Part shown: piece by piece, positions 1 through 11,333 of the stretch | Position numbering within the stretch: the stretch's first letter is position 1 | Layout: each line of letters begins with the position of its first letter | The notes under the pieces: model-generated | Told to the model about the DNA's origin: nothing | The model's input: the letters and a program-made list of their open reading frames with translations, nothing else | The model's database searches: none | Program-made: the position numbers and the translations under genes | DNA from: Balamuthia mandrillaris | Taxonomy: Eukaryota | Reading direction: 5' to 3' | Assembly: GCA_031835245.2 (NCBI GenBank) | Contig: JAVKOQ020000092.1 | Span: 124,001-181,033 of the forward strand | DNA: 57,033 bases

Positions 1-1438
1 CGATAAAGGAGGAGGACGCACAGCATGAGCTTGTGAGCGAGAAACAGGTTTTCCAGCCTCTTTTGTGGAAACGCTGGTTTGAGATTTACGCTCTTCGCGC
101 CGACAAAGAGAGCCTTCGTTGCATGCGGTATGCCGTTCTTCCTTCTCCTCTTTAAATCCATTCGTTATTTCTTCTATCTTTGTTTTTCCATGTTATTACG
201 CTTCGCTGCCTTGCTCACCAAACCTTTTAGCAAGGTCATATTTGAGAAGACAAGAAAAGCGTGCGAGAAGGGATATTACTTACTCAGTGATGGCCACAAA
301 GTAGAACTCTACACCAGAAACGATCACGCAAACGCAGATCAGCAAGAACGGACAGAAGAGGAAGAGCATGAAGAGGTTAAAGAATTAAAAGAAGAAGAAG
401 AAGAACTACAAGAAACAGAAGGTGATCGAGAGGCAACCCTCATTGACTTCACGGGGCAGCTGCAACAACTAAACAACGGAACTAGAGAGAGTGACCACCG
501 TTTCAAGGGAAGACATTGTTATCGTGATCCGTACGCTCATCCAAGAACTTACGAGATGATACCAGAAGCAAAAGCAGAGGAACGAGTGAAAAACACTACT
601 AAGGTTTCGGTGATAGAAATGGATTCGCTGGAAGTAGCACAGCAACTCATATCAAAAGGATACAACCCATGCACTCTTATATTTTCTTCCAACACGTTTC
701 CTTCTTCTAAATGTACGTCTCCTCTCTCTCTCTCTCTCTCTCTCTTTTTGTCTGACTTCGTTTGCCTTCTTCTCGAGTGAAGGTGGAGCAGAGAAAAGTG
801 GGGGTCAAGAAGGAAGCATCTACCAACGGACCAATCTCTATCAAATTCTTTCCAAGAGCGAATGGGAAGATCAGTTCCCACTTCCTGAATTTGCTGCCAT
901 TTATATGTATGCGTTTCTTGTTCTTCTTTTTCTTCTTTGCGTTCGTTCCTCTTCTTTCTCTCCTCTGTTCCTGTTTCGCTCACTTCAACGCTCAAACAGA
1001 CCAACTCTAACAATCCTCCGAAGTGACGAGGGGCAAGGCTGTGCCTTTCTGAAAAATCCCGTCCAAGCAGCCTGCATTTCGATAGCAGCCTACAGTCGAC
1101 CAAAACTACTTCCTTCTGCATCAGCAACCCCACAAGGAGAACCAGCCATGACCATGCGGTTCATGGACAAGACAAAGACCAAAATGAAAGTAGTTCTTCA
1201 AGTGGCTTTAGATAAAGGACATGACGCGGTAGTATTGGGAGCCATTGGGTGTGGCGCATTTGCGAACCCACCGATGGCGGTGGCACTGCTGTGGAAGGAA
1301 GTGCTTGCATCGGACTTTGAAGGTTGCTTCAAGCGTGTCATATTTGCTGTGCTGGGTTTGTATCTTCCATTTACTTGTTGTGTCCTTGTGAATAACAACA
1401 ACAACAACAACAGAGACGGGAAAAAGAGGTCACCCTAA
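1..1438 (+). CDS. TIGR02452/DUF2263 family (microbial-type PARG macrodomain) protein, 5'-partial, multi-exon, catalytic motif degenerate
   Basis: Spliced exons read ...VSVIEMDSLEVAQQLISKGYNPCTLIFSSNTFPSSKCGAEKSGGQEGSIYQRTNLYQIL...FPLPEFAAIY...ILRSDEGQGCAFL...ISIAAYSRPKL...DAVVLGAIGCGAFANPPMAVALLWKEVL...FKRVIFAVL. The LGAxGCGAFxNPP and FxxVxFAV motifs are hallmarks of this family. Stop TAA at 1436-1438. Confidence 0.85.
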
Positions 1439-1614
1439 CCCAACCGGAAACGTACAGCCGTTCCGCCGAGTCTTTGAGGATCAAGACAGCAAGCGGTGAG
1501 CACCTTACAGAATGTACAAGTTCAAGTAGTACCGAGAAATACCACCAATTTTTGTTTGCTCGCTTGTGCTTCATATGTTTATTGTGTTGTTTTTTATTGT
1601 GTTTTCACACAGTC

Positions 1615-4073
1615 TTACTTTTGTAAAACAGGAAGACCAAGTCTTAAAATGTTGGCATAGTCGGATATCATGTGGTCATTGAGAAAGAAAGGAAGTATCA
1701 GTCGCAGCAAAAACCTAAGTCGGCTCTCCTTCGTTGCGTATTTAAATATCTTTAAAAGCCCGAACGAACGTGGATCCAGCAAGTTGGAATGAAAAGGTAG
1801 GTCGCATTTGTTAAACAAAGAGCAGAGAAGCAAGGGAAAGGAACAAGAGCTGAAGCAAAAGAAAAAAGAAGATTGAGAGAGGTCAGGGAAGCAAAGCAAC
1901 AAACCTTAATATCTGCAATTCCAACAATCTCCAACAATGCAATCCGAGCCAAAGTCACGGAGGGAATAATTCTTCCTCCTGCGTCTATATACATCAACCT
2001 TCCTGCATGTTTGTAATGCGTTTCCATGATGTCTCCATCACCATCACCATGATGAGCTCCAGCAACGAAACACAACAAGTTTCCTCTCAAAGAGGACGAC
2101 ACGTTCTTTGAGACTCCCATCAACCTCAAAACGCGTCGCAATAACCAAGGAGGCACTCCCAAAGGAAGCCTCGGAATGATGTCGTTATTGTTGACAAAGC
2201 GTAAATATCGTTGCCTTCCTTTCGTCGTCATCAAACGCTCTTCTATGAAACGTGCAAAATGGATGTCGCCTAAACGAGGCTGGCCAAAAGTGACGAGCCC
2301 ACCGATTCTTTTGTTGATTTGAGGGTAATCCAACAACAGCTTTGCCGTAAAGAGCGTTGCCAAAGCGCCTCCTAAACTATGCCCAGTAATCCATATCTCT
2401 CTTGGTCTGCCGCTTCTCTTTTTTCTTCTTCTTACTCCATCATGATCTCCGCCTTCTTCGTCGATGAGTTGGAACAGAATGTCTCGAACTTGTTCGTACG
2501 CGGAAGCATTCCCAACAATCTTTCTTTGCTTCGCTCGAAACTCTGCCAGTGGAGCGTACTTGTCCACAACATCCAACAACAAAGTTGTACCTGCTGTTGC
2601 AGGTTCTTTGGATCGATGCCAAACCCAACCAAACGTCCTTCGAAAGATGTGCAAACCATTTAACAATATACGATTGAGCTCTGAAAGCAAATAGCGAAAG
2701 AATTCAGAAGAAGGCAGACCAAAGGATTTTGGAAGAGGAAAAAGCGAGGTTGGCGATGAAAAAGATGAAGCTGGTGGGTTTGTTGAGGTAAAACTTTCTC
2801 TTGTAGCGGTGTTTACGGTGGATTCTTCTTTAGGGTAGTTTGCAGCATCTCCTTTTGCTGTCTCTCTCAGCTCGGCCTCGGTCTCTCTCGTTCTTTTTCT
2901 ACGCTCTTCTTTCTCTTCTCGCTCTTGTGCATCCTCTTCTCTTCCTTGCAACGGTTGGGTTCTCAAGTGATGCTCCTCTACTTCTTGATCATCTTTCAGT
3001 TGTTCTTCGGACATCTGATCCTCGGTGATCCCAAGGGCGTGCATGAAGCCTGAATGAACGAATCCAAGTTCACCCGCGCCACAAAGAAAGGCTTTCAAGT
3101 CCGTGAGAAGGTGACGAAGGTTTAAAGGGTGAGTGCCAGCAAAGGCCACCAATATCATGTCCTCGTTATGCGCCACGTACGCTTTGGTGTTTTTGTACTT
3201 GACGATAGTACATCTTTCAAAGCTCCATCCTTCTTCTCTCTCCAAGATATCCCCTTTTGAAATGGTTCTTGTTGCAGAGGAAGGCCCTTCTTTTGCCTTT
3301 GCTTGCGGCTTTTCTTCTTCGCTGTCGGTGGAGGAGACAGGCCTACAACAAACCCACTGAATGACAGGAGAGCTTTCATAGGCAAGTTTGGAAGCTAACG
3401 CCAGCGAGAAAGCTTGTTCTCTGTTGAAGTCCCGAGAAGCATCATTGCTTTCATTCTCGTCTTCTTCGTCTTCTGATCTTCCGTCGCTGTCGTCAAAGTC
3501 CTCATCACCGAAAGAACAAAAGGTGGAAGAAGGGGAAGGAGGAGAAGCACAAGAGGCAAAGGCAGAGGAACGAAAGCCGGAGAATGAAGGGTCAAAGGCA
3601 TTGACCAAGGAGAAAGGCTTGCGGGTGGCGGCATGCCTCGTCACAAAGAGGTAGAACAGCGTCCTCAGCTGCCTCTCCACCAGCACCAGGAGGTAGAACC
3701 AAAAGGCAAAGGCCAGCTCCAGGAGGAAGAGCGCCAGGGAGTTCAGCCGCAGCAAGCGAAAGAGGTAGAGCAAGGGCAGGACGAGCAGGGAGGAGAGCAG
3801 GCGGGCCGAGAGGGAGAGCCACAGGGAGAGGAGGTAGAGCGAGAGGGAGAGCAGGCGGTAGAGCAGCCAGGCGGAGAGGAGGGAACCCCATGCCAGGGCG
3901 AAGAGAGCCAGCAGGGCCACGGCCAGCAGCGGGCGATCAAAGTGGGTCCAGCAGTAGAGCGCAAAGGCGAGCCATCCCACGGAGAGGAGGGAGGAGTAGA
4001 GGAGGGTCGTGCGGCGCTTTGGGGAGGTCCACACCGGGATGGATTTGACGACGCGTCGCTCTTCTTGTTCCAT
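1615..4073 (-). CDS. Class 3 lipase (triacylglycerol lipase, OBL1-like) with N-terminal hydrophobic/TM region
   Basis: Motifs LASKLAYES, LVAFAGTHP, VHSGFMHALG, nucleophile elbow ITGHSLGGALA, TFGQPRLGD, RFVNNNDIIPRLP; last exon contains DHMISDY (catalytic His). ATG at 4073 (MEQEERR); one intron near 1810-1905. Confidence 0.88.
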
Positions 4074-4693
4074 TTTATTCTTCTCTTGCGTTTCTTCTTG
4101 TTTCTTTTTTTGTGCTCCCCGAAAAGTGGTAGAAAAAAAGATGAAACCAGGTCGAAAATCGGTTTTCTGAAAAGGGATTGGCTTGCCGTTTTTGAAAAAA
4201 GAAGTGGTATCCCAAGATCGCACAATTTTATCAAACCACCAACCATTTCTCGTGAAATCTCCCGACGCCGATCTCCGAAACCCCAAAAATAAAAATGGGC
4301 CTTTTGGGGGACGAAAAGACAGGCGGGAGTCCTGGTGCGCTTACACTCTCTCTGAGCCGCTGCTTTTTGCAAGTGTCGGTGCTTGCTGATAGTGCTGAGC
4401 ACAGCGACCCGCCTTTTTTTGTTTTTGGTTTCGTTTGGGTTTACTCCAACTTTTTTTTTTTTTTGGGTGGCGGCGGGGCGCCAGGGGCAAAGGGGGAAAG
4501 AAAGGCAAAGGGAGAGTAGAGTAGAGTAGCTTCACGGACGCGCCACGCCCAGGAGGAGGAGGCGACAAGAAAGAGGTGTCGTAACGCTGGGCCGCTTTGT
4601 GGTTTTCATTCGCTTTCTTCCGCTCACCCTTTTTTTTTATTTACAAAAATGCTCCGCACTCCTCCTCCTTAAAGAAAACAGAAAACGAAAAAG

Positions 4694-7600
4694 ATGAAAG
4701 CGCCGGGCACGGGGGCTTCCTCCATGGGTGGCGGCGGAGTGGAAGAACGACTGAAGCAACTGCAGGCCTTCCTCGATGAGACGCTGCAGAGGCTGAAGGA
4801 GAACGAGGCCTCCGTGTCGGAGCAACAACTGGAAGCGCTCGAGCGGTCGCTCCGCAACTCCGTCTCTGATGTTTTCTCATCCACTGCTGTTGCCTCTTCT
4901 GCTTCTTCCGTTCCTTCTTCGCCCAAAAAACAACCGAAGAAGAAGAAGAAGAGGCAGAGTTCATCGCCAATGGGAAGTCCTCCCCTACTTCCGAAAAAGT
5001 TGACAGAGGCGAATGGATCGAGTGCTCCATCCTCTCCCTCTTCCTTACGACGAAGCGTCCTTTTTGCTGCTGCTACTACCACTACGACCACCTCTTCTTC
5101 TTCTTCTTCTTCGTCATCCTCTGAGCCGCAACAACAACAACAACCCAACAAAACAAGAGAAGAAACAGAAGCAGAAGAGAGTGAAAAGAGGAAGAAAGAA
5201 AAGAAAGCCAAGAAGAAGAAGCAAAAGAAAATGAAGTTGAAGCTGAAGAAGAAGAAAAAGAAGGAAGAAGAAGAGAAGAAGGAGACCACGAATCAAACGC
5301 AAGAAACAACAAACAAAGAGAAGCGCGAAAAGGAGGTCGCCAACAAAGCAGGAGAGCAGAACGCAATGCCGACACCCTCTGACGTCCCTTCTCCTTCCAT
5401 TTTGAACGACACGCCAGCCACTTCCACCTCCGTTTCTACTTTGACCTCTGTTGCTTCTGTTTCTATTTCTGTTTCTTCTGTTTCTTCAACTCCTATCACT
5501 TCTTCTGTGTCCGTCACTTCTTCTGCTTCTTCGTCTGCTTCTTCTTCTGCGTCTTCTGTTTCGTCTTCTGCTTCCGTCTCTAGAAGTTCGTCTTCTTCGT
5601 CACTCATCAAAGACAACAGCTACAAGGAAACGTTGGAAGCCATTTTGAAGGGAGACCAGAAGAGAAAGCTTTTGTTGGGAGAGATAGAAAGCAAGCCAGA
5701 ACTACCTCCCAGCGTCGCCCCACCTAGGGTACTCTTAACCACATTTTTTCTTCTCTGTTCCATAGTTTCCTTCTCTTCTTTTGTTAATCTCTCTCTTCTC
5801 CTTCTCTCTTCTCTCTTCTCTCTTCTCTCTTCTCTCTTCTCTCTTCTCTTCTCTCTTCTCTCTTCTCTCTTCTCTCTTCTCTCTTCTCTCTTCTCTCTTC
5901 TCTCTTCTCTTCTCTCTTCTCTCTTCTCTCTTCTCTCTTCTCTCTTCTATCGGTTCCCTCATATTCTTATGCTCTCCTCTCATCTCTGCTTTCTTGCTAT
6001 CCTTCTGTATTGGTAACTTTCGTTATAAAGATCTTTAAGGGCTTGGCTGGTATTAAGATCAAGAAAAAAGTTAAACCAATTATAATGGAAGTGGCTAGGC
6101 ACAGTTTAGCCTTTGCTTTCTTGCGTTACAAAGTACATGCTTTCCTATGATTCTTCTCCCACTCTATATGTTCCCTAACAACTATTACTATTAAGGGAGG
6201 AGGAAAATTGTATAGACAAACAAGCAAAGAAAAAGAGGCAATGGCACGATCACCATCCATTCCTAGAGTTCTTTTCGGGGTGCAGCAAGGATGGACTTTC
6301 AACTTGCCGCTGAAGAAAGGCAAAGGGCAAGCCAAGCTGCTTCTTGCTGCCAGTACTCAAAAAGAACTCAACTCGTGGCTCAGTCTCGCTCAGTATGAGC
6401 CCAAGGAAAACGTACGTTGAATACGTAAGCAAGAACATAATGATCGAAAAAAAGATTAAAAACTGATGGTATTGTTATGATAGGAGCCAGAAACACAAAT
6501 TTGGACAGGCTATCTTTGGTTTAAACGCCACAAGGAATGGAAGCGATATTACTGCATCGCTAACTACAAACGATTCGAATGGTTTACACCTCCATACTCA
6601 GTGGTACCATTTCTCTCGTTTTATTCTCCCTTCTGTTTCACCTCATCTCACTTCCTTTCCTTCCGTAAAATAGCACAAAGTGCCACTTAGCTTGATAGAT
6701 ATAGATCCAACAAAAACGCAAACGCTAGAACGAAACGAGCGAAGCAAATACTTCGCCTCAGCTGATGCAGCTTCCTTCTTCATCTCTCAAGTCAAAAACC
6801 AGTTCAATACCGAATTCAAGCTGCGAATTACAGATGAAGACGACGGAGAACAACAACGAGAAGACAATGTCGAAGAAAAAAAAGACGAAGGAAGAAGGAG
6901 TAGAAGCAGTTCTTCTCTAATACGAAAAGATTCACAGAGCAACGGAGTTCAAGAGGAAGCAGAAGAACAAACAGAAACAGAAGCAGAGGATGAGGATGAT
7001 GATTATGAAGAAGGCGATGAAGAAGACGATGATGAAGAAGAGGAAGAAGAAGAACATCTCATATTCGTAACGGATAGCATCGCGTCAAGCAAAGGATGGG
7101 AGAACGCTATCAAGAAGCAAAAACACCTCAGTAAGCATTTGTTGCGTGATTCCACAAACGATCAACGTGATGAAGAGACGATCCTCAGTGAAGGCCTTAC
7201 CCTCGAAGACAAAGATGAAAGTGCTGAAACTGGAGGTATTTCCAGTCACGGTCTTCAAGAAACGGAAAAGAGTACGTTTTTTCTTTTCCGTCTTCATTTT
7301 TAGAGTTTACTTTTAACTTTTTCTTGTTTTTTGCTGTGCTTTTTCTTGTGGTAATTAGCCACTCAGTTTAGGAATGTAATGCGTCAGTTCCTGGAAGAGG
7401 CTGAAGCCTGTCCTACTCCTGCATGTTTGTACCTCTCGTCATTTCTTCATTCGTCTTTCTTCTGCTCTCTTTGCTCTTTGCTTTCCGCTTTCTTCTTGCC
7501 AAAAGAGAAGATTGAAACTAACAAAAAAACACACACAATTTTTTTAAAAACCCAAACTACAGGGTATTCAACGTTACCATCCGGCCTGAACGACGGCCAT

Positions 7601-10038
7601 AAACGGGTGATTGCATTGGATGGCGGCGGCCTCAAAGTCATGGTGCAGTGCGTGATCCTCGAACGCCTGGCTGAGGTCTTTCCCGACCTCATGCAACGCT
7701 GCGACCTCTTCGCCGGTATATCGGCGGGTAGCATGGTGGCCTCTGGTCTGGCCACAGGGCGCTCCCCTTCCTTCGTGCGACAATTCTTTGAATTTGTGGG
7801 ACCAAGAGCGTTCATTCCGAGAGGACGTCTTCGTTCCGGAATGGGTTTGAGAGAGTGCAAGTTTGATCCAACCAACTTGAAGATCATAGGAGCGGAGCTG
7901 TTGAAAGGAAAGCGATTGGGAGAATGCCCCAAGGGACTGCTCCTGGTTTCATTCTTGTTGGATAACGAATTGGAGGAGGAGACTCACGAGAGAACGTGGG
8001 AGGCGCAGGTCTTTCATAACATCCCACAAAAGGAGTCAGCTGTTCTTCAACCACAGAGACGAAGAGTGCGCAACAACCGATTGATTACTTCTTCGTCATC
8101 CTCCTCCTCTTCTTCATCTTCTTTATTATCCAATTCTTCGTCGTATTTGAATCGGCCTAAAGACGATGCGGAAGTCGAAAACATCAATAGTACTGGTGAT
8201 GAGAACAATGTGAGTTTCCCGAGGAAGTTTTCTCGCAGCCAAAGCATCATCAGGGTGAGAGGTTTGATGGCAGGAGAAAGGGAGAAGAAGACTCCAAGAG
8301 TGATGCAAAGCGAGCCTGTGATATCGTCTGTTGCAGCTACTATTGCGAAAGAAGCACCATCATCCTCTTCTTCTTTGCTCTCACCATCATCAAGCGTCAC
8401 AAAGAATCGTCTCAGCACTCCGGAACTTCCATCGCCGCTTCCTTCTTCTGCGGCGGCTTCTGTCATTTCTGCTTCTTCCGCTCGTTCTTCCAGTGAAATT
8501 CGTAAACGAAAGAATAGCTTCAATTATTCTTCTGACAGAGAGAAAAAAGACAAAGACAAAAACAAAGCCAAAGACAAAGACAAAGAAAAAGACATCAGAA
8601 AATCAGAAGAAGGAGCATTGTCATCCTCTGCTCCATCCCTCGAGAAAAAGAAAATGAGAGATACTTCCTCCGCCACGTTAGCATCTTCCTCGCCAGAACT
8701 CAATAATGGCAACAACAGTGATAGCAGCGGTTCTCATTCTTCAACAGCAACCAACCCTCGCTTCAATCGCCCAACTAAAAGACATGCCAGAAACAGAAGC
8801 GACGTTGGGCTACATTATCACACGATGAAACCGACCCGAAGGGCGACTGCCTTTCCAGCCTCTGCAACAACGGCAACTACACAAGAAGAAGGCGGAACTC
8901 CTTCCTCTTCAATGTTGGTGGTTGAACAAAAAATGCAAAAGAAAGAAGAACATGATAAAGGGAGATCGGCTACTTTGAGACCGTCACGAAAGCAGAGCGT
9001 CATTAACAATGCTGGCCAGAAGAGTGCACCAGCTCAAAACGCTGCTCAACCCGAGGAAGAGCAATGGGAGATGTATTACAGCGCTGGCAAAGAAGTGTTC
9101 CCGAGAGAACTGCTCGACGTTCCCGTGTGGTTTGTTTTCTTCCCTTTCTTCTGCTCTGTTCTTCCTTCTCATTTTTTTTTGTTGCTTATAGGGATTGCGT
9201 ATTGGCAAGCGCAGCTGCGCCTACATTCTTTCCTAGCTACAGGAAACAGGTGGACGGGGCTGTTATGACCAACGACCCGGCTCTCACCGCCATCTGCATG
9301 CTTATGAACCAAAACGCAGCCGATCCCAAACAACCTCATCAGCTTCATGTTCTTTCCCTTGGCACCGGTACACTCTGCTTCTTTTCTTCTACTCCTACAT
9401 TTGCCATCTAACACAACACTGTTTAAAAAGGTCGAGCATCACAATTCATAGATGGTGACCAACACGATTGGGGAATCATGAAGTGGGGACCATGGTTGGC
9501 CACCTTGATGATCGAAGGTGGCAGCCTTCACGAACAACAATTGAACAGATGTCTCTTAGGCAAAAATTATCATCGAGTGGAGCCTCATTTCTCCAAACCA
9601 TTACCGATGGATGACGCTTCTTTGCTTCCCGCTTTGGCAGAGTACGGTAGAACTTTGGATCTAACGGAGACGATAGAATGGATAGAGGAGCATTGGTACA
9701 ACGAGGAAGAACGAAAAGCCTTACGAGAGAAGCGAAAGAGCCAGCGAGTTGTTCAATCGATGAAAGAAAAGGAGAAAGAAGAGAAGGAGAAAGAGAAGGA
9801 GAAAGAGGAGAAAGAGAAAGAAGAGAAAGGAAAGAAAGACAAAAAGAAAAAGGGTGTGAGGAAGAGTTGGCTGAAATCGGAGGGAAAACAAAAGAAAAGA
9901 TCGCCGCGTGCTTCATCTCCTATCAAGGAGAAGCGAACTCCTCTGAACCGATTGGAAAGAACAGGATCTATGAGAGGAAGCTCTATCGGAGCTTGGTATG
10001 GAGCAGGAACCCCTGAACCAGATGAATACTCAGATTAA
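4694..10038 (+). CDS. Patatin-like phospholipase with N-terminal low-complexity region and PH domain(s), multi-exon
   Basis: RVIALDGGGLK (oxyanion loop), FAGISAG (GxSxG), ASAAAPTFFP, VDGAVMTNDP (catalytic Asp), VLSLGTG, DWGIMKW. PH-like segments IWTGYLWFKRHKEWKRYYCIA and LLAASTQKELNSWL. Confidence 0.85.
5790..5948. repeat. Intronic pyrimidine microsatellite (CTCTT/CTCTTCT)n
   Basis: Direct inspection; lies in an intron of the patatin gene. Confidence 0.9.
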
Positions 10039-10133
10039 GAAGGTTTTCTTCTTTTTCTTTCTTTCTATTGTTAACAAGCGGAACAAACACTAGCCTTTCA
10101 CATGTATCTTTTTGGTTTCATCATTGGTTTATT

Positions 10134-11223
10134 TTAGTCTGAGCCAGCGGAAGAAGCAGATGCAGTTTGTTGATTCCTTTTCTCCATCGCTTTCAACACT
10201 TGCTTCCTTCTTTTGAGCTCTTTGACGGTTCTCTTTCTTGGTTTGGAGGTTGCGTCTTCCTCTTCGTCTCTCTCTTTCTCCGCTTCCTTTTTGTTGTTGA
10301 ACAAAAACATCCTCTCCTCCCTGGCCCTCTCTTCTATTTCTCTGATCCGCTGCTCCACTAATTCTATTTGCTGCTGTCGTTCTTTGGCTAATCTTCGCTC
10401 CATCTCCTCCTCATCCTCCACTAACAGTTCTTCTCCGAACTTGTGTTGCTTGCGTTTCTTCTCCTCCTTTTTCTTGAGCTTCTTTCCTCTCTTCTTCTCT
10501 TGGTAGAGCCGAAACTCTTCGTCCGTTAGCATTCGTTCCTGCACTTGGATTGCTAATAAGTCTTCCATTGTTATTGCACCTCCATTTACTTCTTCGTCCT
10601 CTTCCACTTCTTGTTTCTCTTCGTAGTCTTTTTGATTCTCTCCATTGTCTTTTGTTTCTCCTGCTTGTTCTTTTTCTCCTTGGTGTTGCTCTTGCTCTTG
10701 CTGTTGCTTGCTCTTGCTCTTGCTCTTGCTCTTGCTCTTGCTCTTGCTCTTGCTCTTGCTCTTGCTCTTGCTCTTGCTCTTGCTCTTGCTCTTGCTCTTG
10801 CTCTTGCTCTTGCTCTTGCTCTTGCTCTTGCTCTTGCTCTTGCTCTTGCTCTTGCTCTTGCTCTTGCTCCTCCTTGCCTAACTTCAGCTCAAATTCCTGT
10901 TTTTGCTCCGCCTCTGTTCCTGTCTCCCTACCTTTCTCCTGCTCTTCTTTCTCTCTTGTGTCTTTGCGAAGCTGTTCTTCTGCCCCGTTGTTTGGAAGTT
11001 GAGCCGCTTGTTGTGAAGAAGAAGCGTCCTCGCTTTCCACCGTTCTAGACACTTGGCCATTGTTCAAGCCCATCGTGGCTTGCTGAGCGCCGGAAAACAA
11101 AGAGCATGCACCAGTGTCGGGGTTGCACACAGGATCCTCTTCTTGTGCGTGTGCTGTGTGGCGACACATAACCAGGCACCATAGCATGAAGAGACATGAA
11201 CACAAAGTCAGCTTGCCGCCCAT
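10134..11223 (-). CDS. Putative secreted Glu/Gln-rich protein with (EQ)n tract; apparent frameshift near 10708
   Basis: Signal-peptide-like N-terminus MGGKLTLCSCLFMLWCLVMCRHTAHA, a CNPDTGAC motif, then ~27 EQ dipeptides. The E/Q/K-rich composition continues in another frame (EEDEEVNGGAITMEDLLAIQ...) to the stop at 10134. Confidence 0.6.
10686..10869. repeat. Coding hexanucleotide tandem repeat (CTTGCT)n = (GAGCAA)n on the minus strand
   Basis: Direct inspection; encodes (EQ)n. Confidence 0.95.
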
Positions 11224-11279
11224 CCTGTTTGTTTTTGTTCTTGTTTTATTTTGTTGCACGAAAAGGCGGTTAATAAAGG

Positions 11280-11330
11280 TGTCGACATATTACAGGACGA
11301 CATGAATGTCAGGTACTGTGTGTCGACATG
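11280..11330. promoter_or_regulatory. Cluster of TGTCGACA palindromes upstream of the EQ-repeat gene
   Basis: TGTCGACA at 11280-11287 and 11321-11328, with a GACGACATG half-site between them, 57-105 bp upstream of the ATG at 11223. Confidence 0.5.
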
Positions 11331-11333
11331 AGA

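Noticed and set aside
3592..4402. Long overlapping ORFs in alternative frames and on the opposite strand of the lipase N-terminus
   Set aside because: Explained by GC-rich, Leu-rich codon usage that suppresses stop codons; no independent motifs.
10550..11048. Plus-strand ORFs with (CS)n, (LA)n and poly-L tracts
   Set aside because: Antisense shadows of the (GAGCAA)n repeat in the minus-strand gene.
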